A stretch of DNA of 64,000 nt from a virus (lineage: Duplodnaviria; Heunggongvirae; Uroviricota; Caudoviricetes): positions 1 to 64,000 of the IMG/VR virus record IMGVR_UViG_3300029516_000004; one strand, written 5' to 3'. Each line of letters opens with the position of its first letter. Position 1 is the first letter of the stretch. Of this stretch, positions 10,243 through 23,426 are shown in pieces. The position numbers and the translations under genes are program-made. Under the pieces are notes generated by a model. That model searched no databases. It was not told the origin of the DNA and worked only from the letters and a program-made list of their open reading frames with translations.

Positions 10243-11337
10243 TCACGAGAAGCTCTTTTCTGATGTCAGCCAACAGTGCTCGTGCAAATCTCTTGGTGGT
10301 TTTTCGACAAATGCCTCTTCAGCCACATCCTGCCAGGGGATTTGTTTAGCCCATTCAGCTATAGCGTTATGGTTTGCCGAGAATAACGGTATTGTATAGG
10401 CCTTCAGCCAGTCTAATGTGCTGGAGTTGTGTTTTTGAGCGTGATGTTTCGCATGGTGTTTGGCGATCACGATCGTAGGCACTACCCATTTACTACCGTC
10501 AGTCATTGTGAAGTGCATATTACGGGGAACAGATGACTTTTCCATCAACTCCCGAATCCCGGGAAATTTCCCCAAGATCAATCGGCGATATTCATCGCTA
10601 TTGCGCCCACCAAACTCTTTGGCTTTGAATTCAAGATATGCTTCAGAAACGAGAGGTGAATCCTCTGTGTTTAGAGTTATCGCCGTGAAAAAACCAGCAG
10701 GATTGTTTTTACTATGGGCCAACCGGTGATGCGAATCATAAAAGTACCCTTTCTCGCGTTCCGATGGTTTCGACAGCAACAGCAGGCGCGAGTCATAATT
10801 GGTTAAATTGCCAGTTATCACTGCATGAGCGCGATCGCTGATTTCCTCCGAGTTAATAACGATGAAAAGATCGTGCGGTCCAGTAAAACCAGCCAGAGAC
10901 ACTTCGTTATTCAGACAATAGGTTATATAGACGCATCCCCATATTTCACTGATATGCACCAACCCTTTGTCAGGGTGCATTCTGAAATGATTGCCAAGAA
11001 AAGGGTGTTTTTGGGTAACTCGCTCCCAATAACGGAACATATAGTCAATTATTGTTTTTCGACTATCGTTAATAGCAGGAGAAACAACCACTGTACGGGA
11101 ACACGAATACAGTATTGTTTGCAGGATGCTAATCACTGCCACAATAGAGGTTTCCCCAATACCATGTGGTGTGGTGGCAGTGACTTTGGCTCCGGTGTTC
11201 TTTATCGCGTTAATAATTTTTGCTTGATGAGGTGTTAACTCAATATCAAGCAACTCTTTCGCTGCCAGTTCCCAATTGTCTTTATACTGTTCTATCAGTG
11301 CTAACCAGGCAGGTTCATTCTGTATACGATTAGTCAC
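10243..11337 (-). CDS. Terminase large subunit (PacB) paralog with mutated Walker A and B motifs, no nuclease domain
   Basis: Aligns with PacB of this same window ([11 protein letters not shown] and FTAITLNTEDSPLV blocks conserved) but P-loop is TPHGIGET versus Pac[10 protein letters not shown] and Walker B is LFIVINSEEI versus [10 protein letters not shown]. Confidence 0.75.
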   Translation of the reverse strand: MTNRIQNEPAWLALIEQYKDNWELAAKELLDIELTPHQAKIINAIKNTGAKVTATTPHGIGETSIVAVISILQTILYSCSRTVVVSPAINDSRKTIIDYMFRYWERVTQKHPFLGNHFRMHPDKGLVHISEIWGCVYITYCLNNEVSLAGFTGPHDLFIVINSEEISDRAHAVITGNLTNYDSRLLLLSKPSEREKGYFYDSHHRLAHSKNNPAGFFTAITLNTEDSPLVSEAYLEFKAKEFGGRNSDEYRRLILGKFPGIRELMEKSSVPRNMHFTMTDGSKWVVPTIVIAKHHAKHHAQKHNSSTLDWLKAYTIPLFSANHNAIAEWAKQIPWQDVAEEAFVEKPPRDLHEHCWLTSEKSFS

Positions 11338-12124
11338 TTTCCACCTCTTCCGTGGTGTTTTCTTGCAGTTCTGTTAATGCAGCACGACACAGGTTCCGGG
11401 CCTTGGCTATAGCCACACTTTTGACTTCATCTGTCATCGTGCAGGTAATGTACTGATCGAGTTCTTCAGCGCGGATGATGCTTTTGCCAATCAGAAACTG
11501 TATTTGCCAGAGCAGATCGGCATCCATAATCAGAATTTCTGCCGGGCCTTCAGGGCCAGCCGGGAAGGAAACATAAGACTGTTTGCCAAGGCCGATAACT
11601 CGACAACTTGCTTCAAGAATTGCGCGCTTGAGGTCTGACTTTGTAACTGAAACAGGTTGATTTTCACCTGCGATTACGCCGTTGACATGGATGTGGAAGG
11701 GCATGTAGCTTGAAATTCGCTCTACTTTCCATACGCCAGCAAGCGATCCTTCATGCAGCACAATGGGGGTAACAGCGAGTTTCATCTCACCATATAACTG
11801 CTGGCAGATAGCTGGATTGCTGAATACATCCAAAGGTTCACACTCAAACAGCGGTGCAATCTGCATGAGGTCCATCATGGTCATACCTGGGGTACGAGCG
11901 GTAATGAATCTGCGCATGCCAGTATCCATTGTTCGCCAGATAGCTACACCATGCTTTTTGCTCACTTCTTCAGTAAAGCCAAGGTGGCACATGATGGTTT
12001 TTTCGATAGCCAGATCAGAGATAGAAACCTTTTCGCCTGGCACTCCATCATTATTGATGGTCACTTCGACACTCTGGCCATTACGTAGGCGGTATTGAAT
12101 GGTTTTAGTATTTTGTGCTGTCAT
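11330..12124 (-). CDS. Hypothetical protein, partner of the PacB paralog
   Basis: 264 aa ORF overlapping the downstream gene by 8 nt; no recognisable motif. Confidence 0.6.
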   Translation of the reverse strand: MTAQNTKTIQYRLRNGQSVEVTINNDGVPGEKVSISDLAIEKTIMCHLGFTEEVSKKHGVAIWRTMDTGMRRFITARTPGMTMMDLMQIAPLFECEPLDVFSNPAICQQLYGEMKLAVTPIVLHEGSLAGVWKVERISSYMPFHIHVNGVIAGENQPVSVTKSDLKRAILEASCRVIGLGKQSYVSFPAGPEGPAEILIMDADLLWQIQFLIGKSIIRAEELDQYITCTMTDEVKSVAIAKARNLCRAALTELQENTTEEVESD

Positions 12125-12321
12125 AGTCTTTTCTCTGCTTAAAAACTGATGTATTGCGCCTTCAGGTTGGTTAGGAATGTTTTCCCACCAGCGAAAGCAA
12201 TATCTCGGGGTGTTCTATTCGTTAAAAGCGCGTGCCATTGCCAACTTTGGCGTTTTTGAGCGAGTTCGTGCTTTTGTCGGCGTCTGGACCACCGCTTTTC
12301 TTTCAGTCGTTTTTTACACAT

Positions 12322-12810
12322 TCAAAACGGAATATCGTCGTCAAAGTCCATTGGAGGTTCGTTATTGGCGTTGCTCTGAGGTTTACCGCCACCACTGTAT
12401 TGCTGGTGGTTTTGAGGTTGGTTTGATTGCCCCCAGCCATTTGAGGACTGTGAATCGTCACGGCGAGCGCCGATCATTTGCATGGTGCCGCCCTGGCTGA
12501 CGATAATTTCCGTCGTGTAACGTTCTACACCGGCGTCATCTGTCCACTTACGGGTTTTAAGTTTCCCTTCGATGTAGACCTGAGAACCTTTTCGTAAATA
12601 TTCACTCGCAATTTCAGCAAGTTTTCCGAACAAAACGACTTTATGCCATTCTGTTTGCTCTTTCTGTTGGCCCGTTTGCTTGTCGCGCCATGATTCATTC
12701 GTTGCGATGCTGAGTCTTCCGACCGCGCCGCCATTTGGTATATACCTGATCTCCGGGTCTTGCCCCAGGGTACCAATCAGGATGACTTTGTTTACACCGC
12801 GTTGTGCCAC
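12322..12810 (-). CDS. ssb: Single-stranded DNA-binding protein
   Basis: OB-fold N-terminus ([15 protein letters not shown]...[12 protein letters not shown]), Gly/Gln-rich linker, C-terminal DFDDDIPF. Confidence 0.95.
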   Translation of the reverse strand: MAQRGVNKVILIGTLGQDPEIRYIPNGGAVGRLSIATNESWRDKQTGQQKEQTEWHKVVLFGKLAEIASEYLRKGSQVYIEGKLKTRKWTDDAGVERYTTEIIVSQGGTMQMIGARRDDSQSSNGWGQSNQPQNHQQYSGGGKPQSNANNEPPMDFDDDIPF

Positions 12811-12830
12811 TTATCTTACCTAATAAAATA

Positions 12831-12847
12831 AATTAATTAGAGCAATA
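12831..12847 (-). promoter_or_regulatory. C1 repressor operator-like site upstream of ssb
   Basis: aaattaattagagcaat, 15/17 to reverse complement of ATTGCTCTAATAAATTT. Confidence 0.6.
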
Positions 12848-12867
12848 ATGTATATCTTTGAAACGTA

Positions 12868-12895
12868 GCTAACAAGTGATTTGCATTATCCTGTG
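12868..12895 (+). promoter_or_regulatory. Putative late promoter upstream of lyz
   Basis: AACAAGTGATTTGCATTATCCT shares the AACAAGTGAC-type element seen before other late operons. Confidence 0.35.
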
Positions 12896-12979
12896 TCTTC
12901 TAAAGGGATCGAGTCAGTCGGTATTGGCTGTGAATGGGTGTTTGTCCTGGAGCGTAAAAAATTCGCTTATGAGGTCTTT

Positions 12980-13537
12980 ATGAAGGGAAAAACAGCCGCA
13001 GGAGGCGGTGCAATTTGCGCTATCGCGGTGATGATTACCATCGTGATGGGTAATGGCAATGTGCGAACCAACCAGGCGGGGCTTGAGCTTATCGGAAACG
13101 CTGAAGGTTGCCGACGTGATCCATACAAGTGCCCGGCGGGTGTATGGACTGACGGGATTGGTAATACACACGGGGTAACGCCTGGCGTGCGAAAAACCGA
13201 CCAACAAATCGCCGCTGATTGGGAAAAGAATATCCTGATCGCTGAACGCTGTATTAACCAGCACTTCCGGGGCAAAGACATGCCCGATAATGCCTTCAGC
13301 GCAATGACAAGCGCGGCATTCAATATGGGATGCAATAGTTTACGGACCTACTACAGCAAAGCGCGAGGCATGCGAGTCGAAACGTCCATCCACAAGTGGG
13401 CGCAGAAAGGGGAATGGGTGAATATGTGTAACCATCTCCCTGATTTCGTGAACAGTAACGGCGTCCCCCTGCCCGGGTTAAAGATTCGCCGTGAAGAAGA
13501 ACGCCAGCTTTGCCTGACGGGGCTTGTCAATGAATAA
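12980..13537 (+). CDS. lyz: SAR endolysin (T4-lysozyme-like muramidase)
   Basis: 185 aa; N-terminal Gly/Ala-rich weakly hydrophobic signal-anchor; lysozyme-like core. Confidence 0.85.
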   Translation: MKGKTAAGGGAICAIAVMITIVMGNGNVRTNQAGLELIGNAEGCRRDPYKCPAGVWTDGIGNTHGVTPGVRKTDQQIAADWEKNILIAERCINQHFRGKDMPDNAFSAMTSAAFNMGCNSLRTYYSKARGMRVETSIHKWAQKGEWVNMCNHLPDFVNSNGVPLPGLKIRREEERQLCLTGLVNE

Positions 13538-13784
13538 ACTCCGGCAGCTCCGCCGACTTTCGACAATGAAGTTATCGCTGGCGGCGATAGTTTTCGACTC
13601 GATTTTCATGGCGGTATATGTGCTCAATGAGACGTGGCCACTGGAACCGCTATTATATGCCGGGCTTCGGCTGTGCCTGACATTTTTGAGCATGGCTGCA
13701 AGATTGATGCAGCAGAAAGAAACCGCTTCAGATTGCCCACGTCGCGCGGTGCGCAAATATATGGCACGCAGACGAAGGCGATAA
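13524..13784 (+). CDS. Small membrane protein downstream of lyz (lysis accessory candidate)
   Basis: 86 aa, central hydrophobic stretch, Arg-rich C-terminus; position. Confidence 0.4.
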   Translation: MSMNKLRQLRRLSTMKLSLAAIVFDSIFMAVYVLNETWPLEPLLYAGLRLCLTFLSMAARLMQQKETASDCPRRAVRKYMARRRRR

Positions 13785-13795
13785 TAGTTAACGAG

Positions 13796-13825
13796 AACCC
13801 CGGCAGCCGCCGGGGTTATTTTTGG
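13796..13825. terminator. Rho-independent terminator
   Basis: aaccccggc-agcc-gccggggtt followed by atttttgg. Confidence 0.6.
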
Positions 13826-13828
13826 TGG

Positions 13829-16559
<2,731 letters not shown>

Positions 16560-16585
16560 TTAATTAGAATAATTCGCATCGTGTT

Positions 16586-16610
16586 TTAACGGAATTTAAC
16601 ACTAGTCACT
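16586..16610. promoter_or_regulatory. Near-palindromic late-promoter element between divergent prt and darB
   Basis: aacactagtcacttgtt is almost self-complementary and contains the AACAAGTGAC element in both orientations. Confidence 0.35.
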
Positions 16611-16625
16611 TGTTAAGGATTACCA

Positions 16626-19600
16626 ATGAACAAGCTATCTATGGGGGTGTTTCGCTGTTCAAGTGTCAGCGAAATATTGAAATACATTAGGGCAATAACA
16701 TCTCACCGAGCGCCGATTAAATACGGCGTGGAAAAGGTGGAAGGCAAAAGCTATGACCGACTGCGCCGGGAGGCGAATCAGAAGGCGATAGATTTGCTTA
16801 ATTCGCTGGTGGACGGCGCGACACTGACAGATGAACAGCGCCAGATCCTGGCTGGGTACACCGGTGAAGGCGGCATTGGCGGGTCCGTCTCCGAATATTA
16901 CACACCAAAGCCGATCGCTGAAGGTGTCTGGGAGATCATGAAGCTCTACGGCGCGGACGTAGGTAACACTCTGGAACCATCGGCGGGCACCGGCGTTTTT
17001 AATGAGACAAAACCGGTTGGTACGGTGATGACCGCGACTGAGATCAGCAGTGTTTCCGGTCGTATAAACCAGCTGTTACATCCGGAAGACAGCGTACAGA
17101 TTTCCCCGTTCGAACAGCTGGCTGTAAGCACGTCTAACGATTCATTCGACCATGTTGTGGGTAACGTTCCGTTCGGCGGTCGTGATAACACACGCAACAT
17201 CGATAAGCCTTACGCAGAAGAAACGGACATGGGTTCTTACTTCATGCTCCGCATGCTGGACAAGATAAAGCCTGGCGGATTCATGTGTGTGATTGTGCCG
17301 CCGTCCATTGTTTCAGGTTCAAACATGAAGCGGTTACGCCTGCGCCTATCACGGAAAGCTGAATTTCTTGGCGCTCACCGCTTGCCTACCGGTACTTTTG
17401 ACGCAAACGGGACCAGTACGGTCGTAGATGTGGTGCTGATGCGCAAACATCCGGCAGAGATGGCTGAGAAAATCCCCCTGGTGGATGAAAGCACTCTTGA
17501 ATCGGCAAATGTGCTTTGGCCAACGTTTATTTCTGGCAAGTGGTTTGAAAAGGACGGCCGCCGGTTTGTTCATGGCACCCAGGAGAAGGGATTCCAGGGG
17601 CGTATTGAGGTTCGTGCCGACGGGCAGATTGATAACCAGGATCTTAAAGCGAAGCTGATTCATCGTTTCGAAAGTCGTATCGACTGGTCTTTGCTCGATA
17701 TGGCTGAACCGTCACCGACCGCAGATGTTGTTGATGAAGGGGAAATGCGCCTGATTAATGGCGTATGGCAAAAATATGCTGGTGGTCGCTGGATTGAAGC
17801 TGATGCTGGTAAGGAGCTTAAGATTGATGCTGCCAGTTATGGCGCGGATAGCTGGGAGGCTCTTCAGCGTAACCTGACTACAACAGAAGGCCGTCTCGGT
17901 ATGACATTTACCCAGATGGCAAATGTCCGCGATAAGTACACCACATCAATCAGCGACGATATGGTGCAGCTGGTGGACTGGATTAACAGCCAGCCTGAAA
18001 AATACCGTGAACGCTTGTATCGTGGGGCGATGATTGGCCGGATGTTAATTGAATATCAGGATATGAAGGCCGCCGGGCATAGTGCTGAACAAATCGAACA
18101 GCAGCGCCTTTCTCTGGTGTCCCGTTTGCAGGCAGAGATTGACCGTTTTGGTAACCCCGGTCGCGGTCCGATAGCTAAATTATCGGGAAGCGGTGCGCGC
18201 GCCTGGTTTGCTTTCCGTGGTGCAATTAAGCTGGATGGCACTATTTCTGACGAGCTAACAGGAAAGCTGGTTACGCATGATTCCAGCGCCAGTTATGACT
18301 CCACCAGCTATCAGGACACCCTGCGTTATCTCTATAGCGATCTTACCCGCGATCCAATCCAGCTCGATGATTTCCGCCTTGCGTTTACCGGCGAACTGCC
18401 AGCCAGTGATGAAGAGTTGCTTAATTTATTGGCCAGCACCCCTGGTATTGCGGTTTCACCGTATGGCGGGATTGTTCCGTTCGCCCGCGCCACCAGCGGC
18501 GACATTAACGAGATAGTGGCTCCAAAACAGGAATTCCTTGCCACACTCCCCGACGGTCCAGTAAAGAACAACGTCCTTAATCAGCTGGCAGCGATCGAAG
18601 AGAAGCGCATCAAGACGCCAGCAGAGAATATCCGCTTTAAGCTCAATAGCCGTTGGTTCGACCGCTCCGTCATTCTGGAGTTTTTGCAGGAAAACGGCTA
18701 TCCGGATCTGCGCTATGTGCAGTCAGTGCAGCTGGAAGGCGACGAAATGGTTTCTGACACCTATCACGGTGGTGATGGTCTGTTCGTCGGGCACCGATAC
18801 GGTGTCGTCCAGCGCAAGGATAAAGAAACAGGCGAGATCCGCTACGAGTGGGACCGTAAATCAGGTGAAAACGCGACCGGGTTCCCGGCACAGCTGGAAA
18901 AGTATCTCAATGGTGCGCGTATCGGTGGCAAAGATAGCGCGACGGCGAACGGCTACCGCGAGCAGATGGCACTGCTTGAGGACCAGTTCAATAAGTGGAT
19001 CAAGACGCACGATCGCTACGATGAGCTGGTTGCCAAATACAACGATGTGTTCAATAGCAATATCCCGTATGAACACTCTGGCGATCCGCTTGGGTTGAAG
19101 GGATTAAGCGGTAAGCGCCAGCCATTTGATTACCAGAATAGCGAGGTGCGCCGACTGTCCGAAGATGGGCGCGGCATCCTGGGCTTCGGCACCGGGCTGG
19201 GTAAAACCACGACCGCGCTGGCGCTTGAGGCGTTCAACTATGAGAACGGTCGCTCTACCCGTACTGCGTATGTAGTGCCTAAATCAGTGCTGGAAAATTG
19301 GTATTACGAAGCAAAAGAATTCCTGAGTGAAGAGGCATTCAGTAACTACTTGTTCGTCGGTCTTGATGTGCTGATGGATGGCGATCAGATTCGCCAGGTG
19401 CCGGTGCTCGATGAGAACGGTAAACCTGTTCTTGGTACTGATGGCACTCCAGTTATGCACGATGCTCTTAAGCTGGCAGATGAAGCCACTATCACGGCGC
19501 GGATGAACGCGATCCCGCACTCAAATTACCGTGCAGTCGTGTTTACCAAAGAACAATACGCCCGCATTCCGCTACGTGATGACACCGTAGATGAGCATGC

Positions 19601-22600
19601 ACAAGACATGCTTTATGACTTCGTTGCCGCCGGGCGCGTAGCCAGCGCAATGGACTCCGACTCCCACCGCAAAGAGGCGGCGCGTCGCCGGGTATTGTCG
19701 GAGTATTCAGATACCGGTACCGAAAAAGCAGAGAAGTATCCGTACTTTGAGGATATGGGCTTCGACAGCGTGATTGCTGACGAAGGCCACAACTACCGCA
19801 ATAGCTATAAAAATGGTCGCGAAGCGTCACAGCTGGCCTATCTGCCCACCAGCGCGGTGGCGCAATCGGCGCGAGATATGGCAATCAAAAACGCGTACTT
19901 GATGAAAAAGAATGGCGGGCGCGGACCGGTTCTCCTGACTGCAACACCAGTCGTTAACACCCCGATCGATGCATACAACATGCTTTCTCATGTTCTGCCG
20001 AAGGAATACTGGCAGAAGATGGGGATCTACAGTCCTGATGACTTCGTAAAATTCTTCGGCAAGACCAGGCTGGAAACGGTACAGAAAATCAGCGGCGAAG
20101 TTGAAGAAAAAATGGCGCTGGTGGGTTTTGAAAACCTTGATGCGCTGCGCGGCATATTCCATCGCTGGACAACGCTTAAAACGGCGGAAGACGTTAAGGA
20201 TACCGTGGAGATCCCGGAACTGGACGAACACCAGCAGGATGCACCACTTACTGAAGAACAACTGGCGGCGTATGAAGAATTGCGTCAGCAGGCGGAAGCG
20301 GCGGCCAAAGCCAACAATGGTGTAACGACCTCGGTCAATGAAGACGGCGTGATTGAGCACGAGAAAGCCCGTCCGATCTTCTCAATAATCAGGGATATGG
20401 ACCGCGTATGTACTGACATGGACCTGTACTATCGCCGGATCACCTATCGTTTCCTGCCGGAGTACGCCGATGCGGTGCAGCAGCTGGCGGACAGTTTGCC
20501 TAAACAAGCCACCAGCGAAGACGACGACAGTGATGATTCAATCACGCAGCAATCGCAATACTCCCTGATAGATAAGGGCGAGTTTATTCAGTTGCAGGTT
20601 CCGGAAGCGTTCGAGCAGGAAGTGAATAAGCGCCTGGCCAGGTTTGGCATTGACGAACAGACCGTAACTCACCCCGTTACACCCAAATACGCGAAGCTGA
20701 TCGCCACGCTGAAGGAGTTTTTCCCGGAAGGTAAGCAAATCATCTTCACGGACGAAAAAACGCAGCACCAGAAGCTCAAGCGCATTATCTGCAATGCTCT
20801 TAACCTTGAACCTTCAAAGGTGGGGATCCTGAATGCTCAGACGGTTGCCGAGGCAGGTAAAACCGGTAAGAAACTGAAAGCGGTTAAACCGCCGAAAGAG
20901 TTACCGGATGAACCAACAGATGCACAGATAGCGAAATACAACGAGCAAATGGCTCTGTATGACGCCTATATCGCGCAGCAAAATGAAATGTCGTTGGGCG
21001 GTCTGGAAAAGATTGCAGCCGACTTCCAGGAGGGCCGGACTCCTATCATCATCTGCAACAAAAAGGCAGAGGTGGGTATCAACCTGCATCGAGGAACAAC
21101 TGACATCCATCATCTGACGTTGCCATGGACACCAGCCAGTATCGCACAGCGTAACGGTCGCGGTGCCCGAGTTGGCTCCAACCGTGCAAGCGTTCGCGTT
21201 CATTACTACTGCGGCAAGGGTTCTTTCGATGAATACCGACTGAAGACGCTGAAGCGTAAAGCAGGCTGGATCTCCGATATCCTCCGTTCAGATAAGTCAG
21301 AAATGGAGAACGCCGACGCCAACGATATGATCGAAATGCAGATGTATACCGCTAAGGATGATGGCGAACGTCTGGCAATGATGCAGGTTCAAATGGATAA
21401 GGCGAAAGCCGCGCAACGCGCTCGCCAGAAAGAACAGGCTACTATCGACCTTCAGAACTACATCAAGGCGCAGCACGCAGCTGGCGAGGATGTGGAGGTA
21501 CTTACCGCTGAATTAGAGCGAAGCAAAGCGGAACTTGAAAAGACCACCGCCGAGGTAGCTAAATTCAAACAGGCGGTAATGGCCAAAGCAGCTGATAACG
21601 CAGACTGGAAGGCCCGCTGGGGTAGCGTCCATCACACAGACCGTACGTTGTTAGCACAGTATCGCGCGTCGTTGAAAAGCGCCATTCAACGCAAGGCTAA
21701 TATCTCTCAAGCCATCTCCCGCTATGAGAAATTATTGAACCGTACTCAGAAGGCCGCGACGGATATCAAACGCCTGCGCCCACTGGTGGAGGATGCAATA
21801 AATAAAGGCATTCTGGATGTTGATCCTGATCTGGTTAACCATGCGAATGAGTTCCTTGTTATCGGCGATCGCTCATGGCGTGTAGGCCAATACTACGATT
21901 GTGCCGGTGATATCGTTCGTATTAAGTCGCTGGACTTCGACAGCCAGCGCGCAGACGTGGAGATCATCTTTACCTTCAAAGGCACAAAATCTGGTAACTG
22001 GGATGTGAAGACGCTGGATAAACAGGTTGATGTAACTCCCGATGAAGATGCTGTTATGCAGAAAATCAGTGGTGGCGTCTCCATCGCCGGGATTAACGAC
22101 ATCATTTCCTGTGACGATTTCTACCGTTTCCAGCAGCGCGGCATGATCAAAATCACTGACTCATACGGCGTTCAGACTACAGAGTCAGGCTATAGCATTG
22201 ATTTTGTTGGTACCTATACGGACCCACTGAAGCATGCGGTTTACCCGGATCGCCGTGACGGCGCGCTGAAGTCGTCAATTGCAAAATGGGTGCTTGGTAT
22301 GATGTCGGAAGGGAATAACCGCCAGGTCCGTTTGGCAGAAGTATTCCTGACTGAACTGTTTGGCTCCAATTATGGCGATGTAATCGCGTCATACGGAGAT
22401 ACGCTATCTCCTGAAGCAATTCAGGAGAAAATAGCGGATGCGATCGCCAGAATGCCGGAGAAAACAAGCCAGGGGGCTACTCGTAACGGGGATTCTGAAC
22501 TTGAGGTCACCAATGCTATTTTCGGTACCCATGAGTTCCGGGCGTCAGATTATGAGATCACCACAGCACAGTTTGGCACCATTGGCATTTACAGCAATAA

Positions 22601-23393
22601 AGCCGAGATCAAGCAGGCAATGGACGCAGCAAGCGCGCGCATCGCAGCAGAACGGGAAGCCAATCTGAATCATGCAGTCGCCGCACTGACTCAATCGTGG
22701 GTAACAGCAATCAGGGAGGCCGCCACCACAGGGAAAATCACACCTGCAATTGCGGATGTCGTAAACGACGGCTCTAAATTTATGGATGCCTATCAAATGG
22801 ATGCGGTGAAGTTGCCATCAGCCTATGGTCAACTCAGCTATCGCATGACCTACAACCTGGTATCAATGTTTTCCGACCTTGCCATCCTCGGGCTGGTGTA
22901 TCTTAACGAGGTTACGCCGGAATTGCTCAGCATGCGCAAGAATCATGTGGAGATATTGCAGAGAATTAACACGGTTCTTGCCGGGCGCACCGATGAAGAG
23001 AAACAGGCCGACGCTGATCGGATAAACCTGGCCCTTGGCAACATCACGGAGGAAGAAATTGCCGCCAGAAACGAGAAACAAGAAGAGTTATCATCAATAC
23101 ATGGTGATGCCACCAGCATAGCTCAGTCTCTTGGTCTGAATTATCGCGTATCCACCGCCGACCTGAAGATGATGTACGCACCAAAATTCGCCGCTGGCGA
23201 GGTATTTGGGCTTCAGGAAGCCTCAGGCATGAAAGGCGTTCTTTTCCGTGCGAAAGACGCAATCAAGGCGAAATTCGGCGCTCGCTGGCTGCCAGCGAAG
23301 GCGAAGAACAGCGATTTCCCGGGTAACTGGTGGATTATCGAGACAAAAAACAACGTGGCGGACGTTCTGGCCGTCATCCAACAATACGCATAA
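16626..23393 (+). CDS. darB: DarB antirestriction protein (N6-adenine methyltransferase fused to SF2 helicase)
   Basis: 2255 aa; methyltransferase motif VGNVPFGG; helicase Walker A GFGTGLGKTT and DEGH box VIADEGHNYRN; length as P1 DarB. Confidence 0.85.
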   Translation: MNKLSMGVFRCSSVSEILKYIRAITSHRAPIKYGVEKVEGKSYDRLRREANQKAIDLLNSLVDGATLTDEQRQILAGYTGEGGIGGSVSEYYTPKPIAEGVWEIMKLYGADVGNTLEPSAGTGVFNETKPVGTVMTATEISSVSGRINQLLHPEDSVQISPFEQLAVSTSNDSFDHVVGNVPFGGRDNTRNIDKPYAEETDMGSYFMLRMLDKIKPGGFMCVIVPPSIVSGSNMKRLRLRLSRKAEFLGAHRLPTGTFDANGTSTVVDVVLMRKHPAEMAEKIPLVDESTLESANVLWPTFISGKWFEKDGRRFVHGTQEKGFQGRIEVRADGQIDNQDLKAKLIHRFESRIDWSLLDMAEPSPTADVVDEGEMRLINGVWQKYAGGRWIEADAGKELKIDAASYGADSWEALQRNLTTTEGRLGMTFTQMANVRDKYTTSISDDMVQLVDWINSQPEKYRERLYRGAMIGRMLIEYQDMKAAGHSAEQIEQQRLSLVSRLQAEIDRFGNPGRGPIAKLSGSGARAWFAFRGAIKLDGTISDELTGKLVTHDSSASYDSTSYQDTLRYLYSDLTRDPIQLDDFRLAFTGELPASDEELLNLLASTPGIAVSPYGGIVPFARATSGDINEIVAPKQEFLATLPDGPVKNNVLNQLAAIEEKRIKTPAENIRFKLNSRWFDRSVILEFLQENGYPDLRYVQSVQLEGDEMVSDTYHGGDGLFVGHRYGVVQRKDKETGEIRYEWDRKSGENATGFPAQLEKYLNGARIGGKDSATANGYREQMALLEDQFNKWIKTHDRYDELVAKYNDVFNSNIPYEHSGDPLGLKGLSGKRQPFDYQNSEVRRLSEDGRGILGFGTGLGKTTTALALEAFNYENGRSTRTAYVVPKSVLENWYYEAKEFLSEEAFSNYLFVGLDVLMDGDQIRQVPVLDENGKPVLGTDGTPVMHDALKLADEATITARMNAIPHSNYRAVVFTKEQYARIPLRDDTVDEHAQDMLYDFVAAGRVASAMDSDSHRKEAARRRVLSEYSDTGTEKAEKYPYFEDMGFDSVIADEGHNYRNSYKNGREASQLAYLPTSAVAQSARDMAIKNAYLMKKNGGRGPVLLTATPVVNTPIDAYNMLSHVLPKEYWQKMGIYSPDDFVKFFGKTRLETVQKISGEVEEKMALVGFENLDALRGIFHRWTTLKTAEDVKDTVEIPELDEHQQDAPLTEEQLAAYEELRQQAEAAAKANNGVTTSVNEDGVIEHEKARPIFSIIRDMDRVCTDMDLYYRRITYRFLPEYADAVQQLADSLPKQATSEDDDSDDSITQQSQYSLIDKGEFIQLQVPEAFEQEVNKRLARFGIDEQTVTHPVTPKYAKLIATLKEFFPEGKQIIFTDEKTQHQKLKRIICNALNLEPSKVGILNAQTVAEAGKTGKKLKAVKPPKELPDEPTDAQIAKYNEQMALYDAYIAQQNEMSLGGLEKIAADFQEGRTPIIICNKKAEVGINLHRGTTDIHHLTLPWTPASIAQRNGRGARVGSNRASVRVHYYCGKGSFDEYRLKTLKRKAGWISDILRSDKSEMENADANDMIEMQMYTAKDDGERLAMMQVQMDKAKAAQRARQKEQATIDLQNYIKAQHAAGEDVEVLTAELERSKAELEKTTAEVAKFKQAVMAKAADNADWKARWGSVHHTDRTLLAQYRASLKSAIQRKANISQAISRYEKLLNRTQKAATDIKRLRPLVEDAINKGILDVDPDLVNHANEFLVIGDRSWRVGQYYDCAGDIVRIKSLDFDSQRADVEIIFTFKGTKSGNWDVKTLDKQVDVTPDEDAVMQKISGGVSIAGINDIISCDDFYRFQQRGMIKITDSYGVQTTESGYSIDFVGTYTDPLKHAVYPDRRDGALKSSIAKWVLGMMSEGNNRQVRLAEVFLTELFGSNYGDVIASYGDTLSPEAIQEKIADAIARMPEKTSQGATRNGDSELEVTNAIFGTHEFRASDYEITTAQFGTIGIYSNKAEIKQAMDAASARIAAEREANLNHAVAALTQSWVTAIREAATTGKITPAIADVVNDGSKFMDAYQMDAVKLPSAYGQLSYRMTYNLVSMFSDLAILGLVYLNEVTPELLSMRKNHVEILQRINTVLAGRTDEEKQADADRINLALGNITEEEIAARNEKQEELSSIHGDATSIAQSLGLNYRVSTADLKMMYAPKFAAGEVFGLQEASGMKGVLFRAKDAIKAKFGARWLPAKAKNSDFPGNWWIIETKNNVADVLAVIQQYA

Positions 23394-23426
23394 CAGGAGC
23401 GCCCGGTTCGCCGGGCGTCGCATAAT

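Noticed and set aside
10243-12321. IS1 with isaA/isaB as in P1 between ssb and the dar operon
   Set aside because: No transposase-like ORF or IS terminal inverted repeats seen; the interval holds the PacB paralog pair instead.
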